Shown here: piece by piece, positions 1 to 10,972 of the stretch
How positions within the stretch are numbered: position 1 is the first letter of the stretch
How the letters are laid out: each line of letters starts with the position of its first letter
Assembly: GCA_963849325.1 (NCBI GenBank)
Contig: CAWKHF010000002.1
Location: 160,001 to 224,000, forward strand
Length of the DNA: 64,000 nucleotides
Direction of reading: 5' to 3'
From: an uncultured Planctomycetota bacterium
GTDB taxonomy: Bacteria > Planctomycetota > Planctomycetia > Gemmatales > Gemmataceae
Notes under the pieces: model-generated
Seen by the model: the letters and a program-made list of their open reading frames with translations, nothing else
What the model was told of the DNA's origin: nothing
The model's database searches: none
Translations under genes and position numbers: made by a program

Positions 1-2225
1 CGGTCCTCGGCGAAGGCACGACGCAGCTCGGCGTCGCCGCAGAAGTGCGCCAGCAGGCGCAGCTCGATCTGCGAGTAGTCCGCCGTCACCAGCCGCCAAC
101 CCTCGGCCGGCAGAAACGCTTGCCGGATCTGCTGTCCCTCTTCCCGACGCACCGGAATATTTTGTAAATTCGGCTCACTCGACGACAATCGACCCGTGGA
201 AGCCACCGTCTGGTTGAACGCCGTGTGGACCCGGCCGGTCTGCGGATTGACCATCTCCGGCAGAGCATCGACGTAGGTGCTCTTGAGCTTGGCGATGCGG
301 CGATGTTCGAGGATCTTGCGGGGCAAGGCGGCGCCGGAATGGTCGAGGGCGGCCAGCTTTTCCAGCGTCTCCTGGTCCGTGCTGGCCGCGCCGGTGATGC
401 CGGTTCGTCCCTGCACCGGCAGCTTCAACTCCTCGAACAGGACCTTGCGCAACTGCACCAGCGAACCGATGTTGAACGGATGCCCGGCCAGCTCGTAAAT
501 CTCTTTCTCGATCGTCGCCAGCTGTTGTCCCATGTCCACGCTCAGGCCGCGCAGGAAGGGCAGGTCGAGGCGAATGCCGTTGAACTCCAACTCGGCGAGC
601 ACCTCGATGAGCGGTACTTCCACGTCATCGTACAGCTTGCGCAGCGGGCTGTTCGCCTCCAGCTCGGACTCCAGCATCCCGCACAGGCGCCAGGCCACGT
701 CGGCGTCCTCGCCGGCGTACACGGCGACGCGCTCGGTCGGCACCTGATCCATGCGCAGCTGCGGCGTCTTGCGGCTCTTCTTGCCGATCAGGTCCGTGAT
801 GGGGATGACCTGATGGTTCAGGTAGCGCCGCGCCAGCTCTTCCAGACCATGACTTCGTTCGCCGGCATGCAGGAGGTAATCGGCGACCATTGGATCGCCG
901 ACCACGCCGCGCGGCTGTACGCCGCGGCCGCGGAGTACCAGCAGATCGTACTTGATGTTCTGGTTGACCTTGGCCACGCCGGGGGCTTCCAGAATCGGGC
1001 GCAGCCGCGCCAGCGTCGAGTCCGGATCGAGCACGGATGAGCCTTCCGGACCGCGCAGCGCCAGATACCACGCCTCGCCGGCGCGCCAGGAAAAGGCGAA
1101 GCCGACAATGTCCGCTTGCAACGGGCTGAGACTGGTCGTCTCCAGGTCGAAGGCGATCCGTTTCTGCTGGAACAGATCGCGATAAAACGCCTCGAATTTG
1201 TCCTCGGAATCGATCAGCCGATAGTCGGCCTGCCAGTCGTCACCCTTCGGGGCCGAGGTAGACGTCTCGGCGGAAGCGCCATTAGCCGGGGCGTTGGCGC
1301 CGAAGGGGAACAACTCGCCGGCGGTGAACAGCTCGCCCTGCACGGCGGCGGCGCCGCGTCCGGAATCGCGGAACTGATTGGCGAGGCTGTGGAAACCCCA
1401 CTCCTGGAACAGCTCGCGCAGACGCGGCCCGTCCAGGTCGCGCAGGCGCCAGCCGTCCCAGTCCAGTTCGATCGGAACATCGGTGGCGAGGCGCACGAGC
1501 CGCCGCGCCCGGTCGATGAGTTCGCCGCCGTGGCGCAGGTTCTCCTGCCGCTTGGCGCCGGGGATGCGGTCGATGTTGGCGAGGATGTTTTCCAGGGTGC
1601 CGTACTCTTGCAGCAGCTTGGCCGCCGTCTTGATGCCGATGCCGGGCACGCCGGGCACGTTATCGACCGCGTCGCCGACCAGCGTTTGCAGATCGACGAC
1701 CTGCTCGGGTTTGATGCCCCAGTCGGCCATCAGCTCGTCGCGGCCAAACGCCGCCCGCTTGCGCAGGCTGTACAGGTGGACGCGGTCGTCGATCAACTGG
1801 CGGCAGTCCTTGTCGCTGGTACACAGGAAGACCTCCAGTCCGCGACGAGCGGCGGCGGCGGCGAGGGTGGCGAGCACGTCGTCGGCCTCGAAGCCGGCCA
1901 CGCTGACGACCGGCACGTTCATGGCGTCGAGCAGGCGGTGGATCAGCGGCATCTGCAATTGCAGGTCATTGGGCATCTCGTCGCGGTGCGCCTTGTATTG
2001 CGGATAGATGGCGCTGCGGAAGGTCGGCTCGGCGCGGTCGAAGGCGCAGACGAGGTAGTCCGGCCGCAGGTCGCGCAGAAACAGCAAGTCGCGGGTGAAG
2101 CCGAACAGGGCGTTGGTCGGCAGCCCGGACGGACTGGTCATGCCGCGAATGGCATGAAAGACCTGGAAGATGAGCGAATGCGCATCCACCAGGTAGACAG
2201 TTCCGCTTACCGTGCCCGACGACAT
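1..2225 (-). CDS. polA: DNA polymerase I (3' end runs off the window)
   Basis: Manual minus-strand translation from ATG at 2225 gives MSSGTVSGTVYLVDAHSLIFQVFHAIRGMTSPSGLPTNALFGF (5'-3' exonuclease start). Near the left edge are TGRLSSSEPNLQNIP and ADYSQIELRLLAH (family A polymerase motifs). Absent from the ORF track because there is no stop in the window. Confidence 0.95.
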   Translation of the reverse strand, partial: MSSGTVSGTVYLVDAHSLIFQVFHAIRGMTSPSGLPTNALFGFTRDLLFLRDLRPDYLVCAFDRAEPTFRSAIYPQYKAHRDEMPNDLQLQMPLIHRLLDAMNVPVVSVAGFEADDVLATLAAAAARRGLEVFLCTSDKDCRQLIDDRVHLYSLRKRAAFGRDELMADWGIKPEQVVDLQTLVGDAVDNVPGVPGIGIKTAAKLLQEYGTLENILANIDRIPGAKRQENLRHGGELIDRARRLVRLATDVPIELDWDGWRLRDLDGPRLRELFQEWGFHSLANQFRDSGRGAAAVQGELFTAGELFPFGANAPANGASAETSTSAPKGDDWQADYRLIDSEDKFEAFYRDLFQQKRIAFDLETTSLSPLQADIVGFAFSWRAGEAWYLALRGPEGSSVLDPDSTLARLRPILEAPGVAKVNQNIKYDLLVLRGRGVQPRGVVGDPMVADYLLHAGERSHGLEELARRYLNHQVIPITDLIGKKSRKTPQLRMDQVPTERVAVYAGEDADVAWRLCGMLESELEANSPLRKLYDDVEVPLIEVLAELEFNGIRLDLPFLRGLSVDMGQQLATIEKEIYELAGHPFNIGSLVQLRKVLFEELKLPVQGRTGITGAASTDQETLEKLAALDHSGAALPRKILEHRRIAKLKSTYVDALPEMVNPQTGRVHTAFNQTVASTGRLSSSEPNLQNIPVRREEGQQIRQAFLPAEGWRLVTADYSQIELRLLAHFCGDAELRRAFAED

Positions 2226-2950
2226 GACGGCACAAATTCCGCTGTGTACAAGGGAAAAAACGTGCCCGCACAGGGGCGCTGAAGGATGCACAGGTTCGGC
2301 CGCCAATCCCACGGCCGCGACCATCAGGCGCGGCGAGGTCGGCGTGTTCGACGCCCAAACCCGAAACCGCGCGGGTGGTGGAGAGTCATCGCGGAAACCG
2401 GACGATACGAGTCCAGGAATAAGGGCGACTTCGCGAAGCTCAAATGCTCCGCCGGGACCGACAGGATCATCACCTGCGATCCGCCAGGAATGTCCAGCGC
2501 GACCCGGACGAAAGGCAACCGCGTCAAAGGCCGTACAGCCCCGCGGCTTTATGGTCTCATCGACGTCCGCGCGACCTATTCCTCAACCCGAACTCCGAGA
2601 GTGCCAATCCTACCTCGGATGCAAGGAGGAGGGCGGTTGGTGAAGATAGGGACGGGACATGATCGCACAATCGCGGAAGACAATTCACCTTGATCTATTT
2701 GGCAGTCTAAGGTTGGTTCCGCCGACTGTCAAGTCCTCTTGTGCCGCGAGGCGCGGCACGAATCCCCGGGGCCGCACCTTCCCCGGAAGGGCGGACAACG
2801 ATTCGGCTCTCTTTTCGATCGATCCGCCGAAATCGTTTCCTCCTTCCACGAAAGCGCGTATAATTCCCTTGAAAGTCCCCCAGTCTCCGTCCAAGATAAG
2901 AACATCCTGCTCGATGCTCTCTCCGCGACGAACCCGCCGGAATCAACCTC

Positions 2951-4120
2951 ATGAAGCGCTGGACAACGGTTACAACCTTCCTCGCCGTCCTGATAGCGGC
3001 TGCGGGGCTGCCTTCCCTCGTTGACGCCGCCGGCACCGCCATGGTGCCGGAACAGCGGAAGCTCCGGGAGTTGGTGCAGCGCCTGGGCGACACCGACTTT
3101 CAGGCGCGGGAACAGGCCAGCCAGGAACTGTTACGGATTGGCCTGCCGGCCAAGCAAGTCCTGGTAGAGGGGGCGAAGGCTCTCGACCTGGAAGTGCGGC
3201 GGCGCTGCCGCGAGTTGCTGCCGGAGGTTCTGGAGACCGATCGGCAGGCGAGGCTGGCGGCCTTCATCGCCGACAAGGACGGCAAGCAGAAACACGACCT
3301 GGCCGGCTGGTCGCGTTACCGGGACGTCGTCGGCGCCGACACCGCCGCCCGTCAATTGTTCGTCGAGATGCACAAGTGCGACACCGGCTTCCTCGCCGAC
3401 GTGGACAACGACCCCGAGCACGCCGGGGCGCAGTGGGCCAGCCTGTGCCAGAGCGTCTTTCAGAGGCTCTTCGCCAACCGCACTCCGGCCATCCAGCAGG
3501 TGCCGATGGGCGAGATCGCTTCCTTGCTGCTAGTCGCCGCCGATCCGAAAGTGCGCATTCCCGATCAGCAGCGCTACCTTCTTTTTAGCATCCTTCAGTA
3601 CCATGCGACTGCGCAGAACACCTTGCGGAACCGCGCGGCCTCGCCGTTCAAGAAGATCGTGCTGGCGTGGATCGAGCGGCAGGCCGACGACGAGATGGGT
3701 TTGCACCAGGTTTTCCACCTGCTCAACAACCTGGAGATGCGCGAAGGTCTGGATTTCGCCTTGAAGGTCATCCGCGACAAGAAGCCGCAGGGGATGATCC
3801 TGGCGACGGCCCTGACGACGGTGGGCAAGTTCGGCGACAAACAGCACGTGGCCGTGCTCGAGCTGTTCCTTCACGACAACACGGCGATCGGCAACTTCAA
3901 CCTCGGCAACGTGCGCGGCACCACGCAGGTCCGCGACGCGGCCCTGGCGATGATGGTCCGCCTGACCAAACAATCGCACAAGGACTACGGCTTCGCCGTC
4001 AGCCGCTTCAACAACGAGCACCTGATGGCCTATGCCAATTTCCTCGGCTTCAGCGACGACGATCAGCGCAACAAGGCGTTCGAGAAATGGAAGGGCTGGA
4101 AGGCCGCCCAGAAGAAGTAA
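2951..4120 (+). CDS. Secreted hypothetical protein with HEAT-like helical repeats
   Basis: 389-aa ORF with a signal peptide and LVQRLGDTDFQAREQASQELLRIG, a HEAT-like segment common in planctomycete proteins. Confidence 0.7.
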   Translation: MKRWTTVTTFLAVLIAAAGLPSLVDAAGTAMVPEQRKLRELVQRLGDTDFQAREQASQELLRIGLPAKQVLVEGAKALDLEVRRRCRELLPEVLETDRQARLAAFIADKDGKQKHDLAGWSRYRDVVGADTAARQLFVEMHKCDTGFLADVDNDPEHAGAQWASLCQSVFQRLFANRTPAIQQVPMGEIASLLLVAADPKVRIPDQQRYLLFSILQYHATAQNTLRNRAASPFKKIVLAWIERQADDEMGLHQVFHLLNNLEMREGLDFALKVIRDKKPQGMILATALTTVGKFGDKQHVAVLELFLHDNTAIGNFNLGNVRGTTQVRDAALAMMVRLTKQSHKDYGFAVSRFNNEHLMAYANFLGFSDDDQRNKAFEKWKGWKAAQKK

Positions 4121-4207
4121 TCGCCAGCCAGGCACACGACGGTTCACCAGTCGCGTTGACTTCCCTTCGCCGCGCCTCTACCCTACAGGAGAGGGTTCCT
4201 AACCAGG

Positions 4208-4597
4208 GTGCTTTTGTCGTGTTTCACTTGCGCAATCCTGATGGTCCTGATCGCCATTCGGCTGTTGATGCCGCCGGGGATCTGCGTGTGCAAATGGAGT
4301 TCGCCCGCCGCGCGCTTGCTGGTCGCGCTGCTGCAAAGCGAACGGCCGATCCCGGTCGAGGAGGAGCGCGACGACGACGATCACGCCCCCGGTTGCCCCG
4401 CCTCCCCGCTGGCCGTCGGCATGGGCGTCAAGCCCTCGACGCAACCGCTGTTGCCCCCCGGTCTGTCCCTCGATCCGCCTCCGCCGCTCGAATCGATACC
4501 ATCGTTTCCCGCCGTCTGCTCCGACGCGGAAACCTCCGGCCGCTTCGACCCTCCGCCAAGTCCTCTCTATCTGACACTCCGCGCACTCCTCCTTTAA
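4208..4597 (+). CDS. Small hypothetical protein upstream of the RND metal-efflux genes
   Basis: 129-aa ORF with hydrophobic N-terminus, CxC and DDDDHAPGCP segments; co-oriented with the efflux genes. Confidence 0.45.
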   Translation: MLLSCFTCAILMVLIAIRLLMPPGICVCKWSSPAARLLVALLQSERPIPVEEERDDDDHAPGCPASPLAVGMGVKPSTQPLLPPGLSLDPPPPLESIPSFPAVCSDAETSGRFDPPPSPLYLTLRALLL

Positions 4598-4611
4598 CGG
4601 CCACTCATCGG

Positions 4612-4726
4612 CAGTTCTGAGTTCTGAGTTCTGAGTTCTGAGTGAAAACAGAACTCCGAACTCTTCATTCAGAACTCCGAACTCCGAACTCTTCACGCAG
4701 AACTCAGAACTCAGAACTCAGAACTG
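4612..4726. repeat. Inverted array of heptamer repeats (GTTCTGA)n...(AGAACTC)n
   Basis: Directly visible tandem heptamers in inverted arrangement. Confidence 0.85.
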
Positions 4727-4735
4727 GAGACGCGG

Positions 4736-6075
4736 ATGCCGTCCCGAGTACCCCGTCTGTTGTCGATGCTCCTGGCCCAGTTGCCGACCGTGCTCACCCT
4801 GGCCGTCCTCGGCGGAGTGGGCTGGTGGGGGTATATCTGGGAGTGGAAAATCCCGCCCTGCCCGTGCTGCTGCGCCGCGAGGCGGACAAGACGGAGGAAA
4901 CCAAGAAAAAAGAAGAGAAGGAAGTATCCGGCAGCGTGGACCAACCGCTGCCGCTGGTGCCGCTGCCCTCGGAAGAAGCGGCGGAGGCGGCCGGAATCAA
5001 GGTGACGGCGGTCGAGGAGAGAGACGTCGGCGAATACGTAACGGCCTTTGGCGAGATCGATTTCGACCAGAACCGCTACGCTCACCTGTCCAGCCGCGCC
5101 GCCGGCACGGCCTGGAGCGTGCAGAAGAACGCCGGCGACCAGGTGAAGAAGGGCGAGGTGTTGGCCCTGATCGCCGCGCCGGAGTTGGCGAAGATCAAGT
5201 TCGATTTGCAGCAGACGCTGTTGCTGGTCGATACGCGCGCCCGTCTGTTGCGGCGCCGGAGAGAAACCAAGGGCGCCATTGCGCCGCAGCTGGTTGATGA
5301 GGCCGAAGCATCCCTGCGCAAAGCGCGGATTCGCCTGTTCGGCTACCAGCAGTCGCTCCAGGATCTCGGCCTGACCGTCCATCACGAGGACCTGGCCAAG
5401 CTGAGCGAGGAAGAGATCGCCGTCCGCTTGCGCACGCTGGGCATTCCCGACTCGCTGTTGCAGCGACTCGATGCCGCCACGCTGACGAGCAATCTGCTGC
5501 CGATGTACGCGCCGTTCGACGGCGTGGTCGTCAAGCGTGACATCGTCACCGGCGAAATCGTCAACACGACGACGCCGCAATTCGTGGTCGCCGACGTGCG
5601 CCGGCTGTGGCTGCTGTTGCACGTGCGCCTGGAGGATGCCGATCCGCTGGCCGAGCGCCAGGACGTCGCCTTCGATCTCGACGGACCCGGAGGCAAAGCT
5701 CCGCCGACCAAGGTCGCCTGGGTCAGTGCCGAGGTGGACGAGAAGACGCGAACCGTCACCGTGCGTGCCGACGTGCCCAACCCCGATGGCCGACTGCGGC
5801 CGCACACTCTGGGCACCGGCCGTATCCTCGTCGGCCAAGCTCGCCGGCGGATCGTGCCTAACGAGGCGTTGCAATTCGATGGCCAATCCCACCTCGTCTT
5901 CGCGCGAGGCGAGTCGGCCACGGAGTATCAGCCGCTGCGCGTGAAGCTGGGGCCGCGCCACGATGCCTTCACGGAGATCGTCTCCGGCGTGCGGGCGGGA
6001 CAACTCATCGCCACGTCCGGCAGTCACGTGCTGCTGTCTGAACTGCTCAAGAAACGCATCGGCGGCGAGGATTGA
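4736..6075 (+). CDS. Efflux RND transporter periplasmic adaptor subunit (CzcB/CusB-like); apparent frameshift near 4850
   Basis: N-terminal TM segment in one frame (ATG 4736); body in another frame with AHLSSRAAG..GDQVKKGEVLA, APFDGVVV and VDEKTRTVTVRADVPNPDGRLRP. Confidence 0.85.
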
Positions 6076-6082
6076 GGAAAAA

Positions 6083-6168
6083 AATTAACCACAGATGAAC
6101 ACAGATGAATACAGATAAAAATCCAAGAATTTGAATCCGTGTTTATCTGTGTTCATCTGTGGTTAATT
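6083..6168. repeat. Intergenic inverted repeat of 9-10-mer units (ACCACAGATGAACACAGAT family)
   Basis: AATTAACCACAGATGAACACAGAT ... ATCTGTGTTCATCTGTGGTTAATT. Confidence 0.9.
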
Positions 6169-6184
6169 CTTTTTTGGAGAGGGC

Positions 6185-9100
6185 ATGCTTAACGCCATCA
6201 TCGATTGGTCGCTGCGGAACCGTTTCCTCGTGCTGGGCGGCGCGTTGGTCTTTATCGTCCTGGGGGCGTGGTCGCTGTCGCAGCTCGACATCGACGCCTT
6301 CCCCGACACGACGCCGGTGCAGGTGCAGATCAACACCATCGCGCCCGGCCTGGCCCCGGAGGAGGTCGAACGGCAAATCACCTTCCCCGTCGAGCAGGCC
6401 ATCAACGGTCTGCCGCGCTTGCAGCAGCTTCGCTCCATCTCCAAGTTCGGCATCTCGCAGGTCGTCGTCGTCTTCGCCGACGGCACCGACATTTTTTTCG
6501 CCCGCCAGATGGTCAACGAACGGCTGAGCATCGCCGAGATCCCCGAAGGCATCCCGCGACCGAAGATGGGCCCCGTCGCCACCGGACTGGGGGAGGTCTT
6601 CCACTATCTTGCGGTGCCGAAAGAGGGAGAGCAGGTCGAGGAACTGACGCACCTGCGCACGGTCCAGGATTGGGTCATCAAGCCGGCCATGCGCACGGTG
6701 CCGGGCACCGCCGAGATCAACGGCTGGGGCGGCTACGAGAAGCAGTACCAGGTGCGCATCAAGTCGGAGGCGCTGCTGCACTATGAGATTTCGTTCGAGC
6801 AGGTGATGCAGGCGGTGCGCGCCAACAACCTGGCGGCCGGCGGCGGCAACATCCAGCAGGCCGGGGCCATGTACCTGATCCGCGGCCTGGCCCGCACCGT
6901 CAACGTGGACGAGATCAAGAAGATCATCGTCACCACGCCGCGGCCGGGCGTGCCGGTGCGCGTCGGCGACGTGGCCGACGTCGAGATCGGCCACGACATC
7001 CGCCTGGGCGGCGTCACCAGCCAGGGACGCGGCGAAGTCGTCCTCGGTCTGTGTTTCATGCTCATGGGCGAGAACAGCCACGAAGTCACCGACCGCCTCA
7101 AGGGCAAGCTCGACGACGTGAAAAAAACGCTGCCGCCCGACGTGAAACTGGTCACGGCTTACGACCGCACTCGGCTAGTCGATAAGGTCATCCACACCGT
7201 TTACAAGAACCTGTTCGAGGGCGGTCTACTGGTCGTCGCCGTGCTGTTCATTTTCCTGGGCAACTTGCGGGCGGGCCTCATCGTGGCGTTGGCGATCCCG
7301 ATCTCCATGCTGTTCGCCTTCTGCGGCATGTGGCGCTTCGGCATCGCCGGTAGTCTGCTCAGTCTCGGCGCCATCGACTTCGGCCTGGTGGTCGATAGCT
7401 CCGTGGTCATGGTCGAGAACGTGGTGCGCCACCTGGCCCACGACAAGAACGACCTGCGCAGCCGGCTCGCTATCGTCCGCGACGCCGCCGTCGAGGTGCG
7501 AACGCCGACCATGTTCGGCGAGCTGATTATCATGATCGTCTACCTGCCGATCCTGACGCTGCAAGGCGTCGAGGGTAAGCTGTTTCGACCCATGGCGCTG
7601 ACGGTGATTTTCGCCCTCGTCGGCTCGCTGATTTTGTCGCTGACCTTCATGCCGGTGCTGACGAGTCTGCTGCTGCCGCGCCACCTGGAAGAGAAAGACC
7701 CCTGGCTGGTGCGTCTGGCCCGCTGGGGTTACGCCCCGGTCCTGCGCTACGCCCTGCGGCACGGCGTCGCCGTGCTCGTTCTCGCCGTGGCCGCCCTGCT
7801 TTTCGGTGCCCTGCTGGCCCTCAATCGCGGCGGCGAGTTCGTGCCGCAGCTGTCGGAGGGAGCGCTGGTCATTAACATCCGCCGCCTGGCCGGTACGGAC
7901 CTCAACGAGTCGCTGCGCTACAACACGGCCATGGAGAAATTGCTGCTGGCGAAGTTCCCCGAGGAGATCGAGCGCGTCTGGAGCCGCTGCGGCACCGCCG
8001 AGGTCGCCACCGATCCGATGGGACCGGAAGAAACGGACATGTTCATCACTCTCAAGCCGCGCGAACAGTGGACCGTCCAGACCAAGGAAGGCGAGCCGGT
8101 CACGACGCAGGAAGAGCTAGTGAAGCTCATCCGCGAGGAGTTCGAGGACCTTCCCGGCCAGCGCCTGTCCATCACCCAGCCGATCCAGCAGCGCATCGAC
8201 GAGATGACCTCCGGCGCCAAGGCGCAGGTGGTCGTCAAGCTATTCGGCGACGACTTCGACACGCTGAAGAACACCGGCGACGAGTTGGCCCGCGTGCTGC
8301 GCAGCATTGCCGGCAACGCCGATGTCAACGTCGATCAGATCACCGGCCTTCCCGTCTTGCAGATCCAGGTCCGGCAGACGGAGCTGGCCCGCTATAACGT
8401 GACGGCGCGATCGGTACTGGACCTGGTGGAATCGCTGGGCGGCAAACCGCTGGGCGAGGTGGTCGAAGGGCAGTTGCGCTTTCCGCTGGTAGTGCGTCTG
8501 CCGGAACGGCTGCGCGCCAGTCCCCAGGCCATCGGCGCCATCCTGGTCACGACCTCGACCGGCGAACGAGTGCCGCTGTCGCGCCTGGCCGAGGTGAAGC
8601 TGGTGGAAGGGCCGGCGCAGATCTCGCGCGAGTGGGGCCAGCGCGTCATCGCCGTGCAGTGCAACGTCAGCGACCGCGACATCGAAAGTTTCGTGGCCGA
8701 GGCGAAACAGAAGATCGCGGCCGGCGTCAAGCTGCCGCCCGGCCGCTATCGCCTCGAATGGGGCGGACAGTTCGAGAACCTAGAGCGAGCCAAGACGCGG
8801 TTGCTGATCGTGGTGCCCGTCGCCCTGACGCTGATCTTCGTGCTGTTGTACATCACCTATAACCGGCTGGGCGACGTGCTACTGGTGTTCTCCGGCGTTC
8901 TGTTCGCCAGCGTCGGCGGCGTGCTGGCGTTGTGGCTGCGCGACTTGCCGTTCTCGATCTCGGCCGGCGTCGGCTTCATTGCCCTGTCGGGCGTGTCGGT
9001 GCTCAACAGTATGGTGCTGGTGACGTTCATTCGTCAGCTCCGCGACCGCGGCGTGCCGATGGACCGGGCCATCGAGGAGGCGGCGTTGACGCGGCTGCGG

Positions 9101-9298
9101 CCGGTGTTGATGACGGCGCTGGTGGCCAGTCTCGGTTTCGTGCCCATGGCGCTGAGCACGGGTGTCGGCGCCGAGGTACAGAGACCGCTGGCCACCGTCG
9201 TCATCGGCGGCGTCCTCAGCAGCACGCTGTTGACGCTGTTGGTGCTGCCGGTGCTGTATCACTTCTTCGGTCCGGCGAGGGCGGAGACCGCGTCTTGA
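6185..9298 (+). CDS. CusA/CzcA family heavy-metal efflux RND transporter
   Basis: 1037 aa; IDAFPDTTPVQVQINT, SLGAIDFGLVVDSSVVMVEN, RLRPVLMTALVASLGFVPMA. Confidence 0.95.
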   Translation: MLNAIIDWSLRNRFLVLGGALVFIVLGAWSLSQLDIDAFPDTTPVQVQINTIAPGLAPEEVERQITFPVEQAINGLPRLQQLRSISKFGISQVVVVFADGTDIFFARQMVNERLSIAEIPEGIPRPKMGPVATGLGEVFHYLAVPKEGEQVEELTHLRTVQDWVIKPAMRTVPGTAEINGWGGYEKQYQVRIKSEALLHYEISFEQVMQAVRANNLAAGGGNIQQAGAMYLIRGLARTVNVDEIKKIIVTTPRPGVPVRVGDVADVEIGHDIRLGGVTSQGRGEVVLGLCFMLMGENSHEVTDRLKGKLDDVKKTLPPDVKLVTAYDRTRLVDKVIHTVYKNLFEGGLLVVAVLFIFLGNLRAGLIVALAIPISMLFAFCGMWRFGIAGSLLSLGAIDFGLVVDSSVVMVENVVRHLAHDKNDLRSRLAIVRDAAVEVRTPTMFGELIIMIVYLPILTLQGVEGKLFRPMALTVIFALVGSLILSLTFMPVLTSLLLPRHLEEKDPWLVRLARWGYAPVLRYALRHGVAVLVLAVAALLFGALLALNRGGEFVPQLSEGALVINIRRLAGTDLNESLRYNTAMEKLLLAKFPEEIERVWSRCGTAEVATDPMGPEETDMFITLKPREQWTVQTKEGEPVTTQEELVKLIREEFEDLPGQRLSITQPIQQRIDEMTSGAKAQVVVKLFGDDFDTLKNTGDELARVLRSIAGNADVNVDQITGLPVLQIQVRQTELARYNVTARSVLDLVESLGGKPLGEVVEGQLRFPLVVRLPERLRASPQAIGAILVTTSTGERVPLSRLAEVKLVEGPAQISREWGQRVIAVQCNVSDRDIESFVAEAKQKIAAGVKLPPGRYRLEWGGQFENLERAKTRLLIVVPVALTLIFVLLYITYNRLGDVLLVFSGVLFASVGGVLALWLRDLPFSISAGVGFIALSGVSVLNSMVLVTFIRQLRDRGVPMDRAIEEAALTRLRPVLMTALVASLGFVPMALSTGVGAEVQRPLATVVIGGVLSSTLLTLLVLPVLYHFFGPARAETAS

Positions 9299-9363
9299 CC
9301 GAGGCGCGGATAGACAATTCACGTCCGCACGGGTAGACTGCGGATGGACTTTGCGAAGAGGAG

Positions 9364-9660
9364 ATGCCAATCATGCAAATGCACTTGCCGAAAGAGTTGG
9401 AAGAGTTGGTCCAGGAACTGATCGACAACGGCTTGTATCCCACGCGGGAGGAGGTCATCCACAGCGCCCTGTGGTTGCTCCGAGACAGCTATGCGTTGTA
9501 CAAGGTCAAACGGGACGAGTTGCGGGATCTGCTCGATGTCGGCATTCAGCAGGCCGAACGCGGCCAGCTGGCTCCGCTGGACATGGAAACGATCAAGGCC
9601 AAGGCCGCTCTTCGCCTGCAGCAGGAACAAGCCCAGGACGCAGCCGCATGCCGCAAGTGA
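9364..9660 (+). CDS. ParD-like (ribbon-helix-helix) antitoxin
   Basis: MQMHLPKELEELVQELIDNGLYPTREEVIHSALWLL pattern; overlaps the downstream toxin gene. Confidence 0.8.
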   Translation: MPIMQMHLPKELEELVQELIDNGLYPTREEVIHSALWLLRDSYALYKVKRDELRDLLDVGIQQAERGQLAPLDMETIKAKAALRLQQEQAQDAAACRK

Positions 9661-9947
9661 ATCGAAGCGATCAGGCAGAACTCGACCTGATCGACATCCT
9701 CGTCCATCTAGGTCGCCACAGTCCTGCGGTGGCCAATCGCTTCGCGGATGAAGTGGAGAGAAAGTGTCAATTGCTCGCACAATTCCCCGGCATGGGAACG
9801 GCACGCGATGATCTCCGACCGGGACTGCGTGCCTTCGCCGTTGGCAGCTACGTGATCTTCTACCAGACGGCGGACGACGGCATCCGCATCCTGCGCATCC
9901 TGCACGGCGCCCGCAATCTCTCTCCCTCTCTTTTCAACGTTCCCTGA
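9648..9947 (+). CDS. RelE/ParE family toxin
   Basis: MPQVNRSDQAELDLIDI...LAQFPGMG..RDDLRPGLRAFAVGSYVIFY...IRILRILHGAR. Confidence 0.88.
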   Translation: MPQVNRSDQAELDLIDILVHLGRHSPAVANRFADEVERKCQLLAQFPGMGTARDDLRPGLRAFAVGSYVIFYQTADDGIRILRILHGARNLSPSLFNVP

Positions 9948-9962
9948 AAGGCAAACGTCGGC

Positions 9963-10847
9963 TCACCAGTCGGAAGGCATCGGCCGACCATCCGCGGGTT
10001 GGACTGCGAGCCACCAGGTCGGTTGGGAAACCGCCGTGGAGACGCCGCGTACACTGCCATCCATCAGCGCTGTCTGACAGGTAGCAGTATGCGACGTACT
10101 CGGGCGGGTGGGATCGCACTTGCTGTTCCACGGATTGGGCTGGAACAGCGGGGCCGAGGTGAAGTTGCCTCCCCACGGCGAGTTGGCGAAGGTCACGCCC
10201 CACTGATTGGGATTGCCATACCAGGCCCACAGGTTGCCGTACAGGCCACAAGCGGCGTAACGCTCGGTGAAACTGACGGTGTTCGAGGCGCCATCCGGGA
10301 TGTTGCCGACGTTATACAGGGCGGCGTAGGTGGTGCCGCGAGCGGTAGCTTGTTGCGACATGCCGAACAATTGGAAGTTGGCGGCGTAACAGGAAGCGGC
10401 CCAGGCATTGGTCTGGTTCGCGGCGAAGCCGTTGCTGACGCTCGGGTCCGATGGACAGAGGAACGTCTTGACGACCACCGACCGCACCGTGCCGGTGGGA
10501 GCGCCGGCCGAGGGACCATCGTAGAAATTCCCGTCGGTCGTGGTCATTCCCTGGTTGTAGAGGTTCTGTTGTTCGAGGTAGGGCAAGAGGAGCGACAAGA
10601 GGTTGGCCGTGACGGGCACGGTGTTGAGGGCCGGGGGCAGCGCGTTGTTGTAGGTGCTGGCGTAGTTCTGGACCGCGATACCGAGTTGTTTGAGATTGTT
10701 GCCGCACTGCATCCGCGCGGCGGCCTCGCGGACCTTTTGCACGGCGGGCAACAGCAGGCCGATGAGGATGGCGATGATGGCGATCACCACCAACAGCTCA
10801 ATCAGTGTGAAACCTTCCTTCCACTGTCTGGCACTTCTCCGAAACAT
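9963..10847 (-). CDS. DUF1559 family prepilin-type (PulG-like) protein
   Basis: [45 protein letters not shown] and C-terminal H-X9-DG motif. Confidence 0.93.
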   Translation of the reverse strand: MFRRSARQWKEGFTLIELLVVIAIIAILIGLLLPAVQKVREAAARMQCGNNLKQLGIAVQNYASTYNNALPPALNTVPVTANLLSLLLPYLEQQNLYNQGMTTTDGNFYDGPSAGAPTGTVRSVVVKTFLCPSDPSVSNGFAANQTNAWAASCYAANFQLFGMSQQATARGTTYAALYNVGNIPDGASNTVSFTERYAACGLYGNLWAWYGNPNQWGVTFANSPWGGNFTSAPLFQPNPWNSKCDPTRPSTSHTATCQTALMDGSVRGVSTAVSQPTWWLAVQPADGRPMPSDW

Positions 10848-10972
10848 GGCCGGCCCCTACTGCGCGGAGTATTGTGAGGGCCTTTGTAATCCATTCCGTT
10901 TCGGAAGTATAACCCGACTGTCTCCTCTCGCAAGAGAAAAAACAGCGTCCGCCCTTTTTCCCCTTTTTCGGA

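Noticed and set aside
225-2282. Long plus-strand ORFs 225-1040 and 1116-2282
   Set aside because: Antisense shadows of polA in GC-rich DNA.
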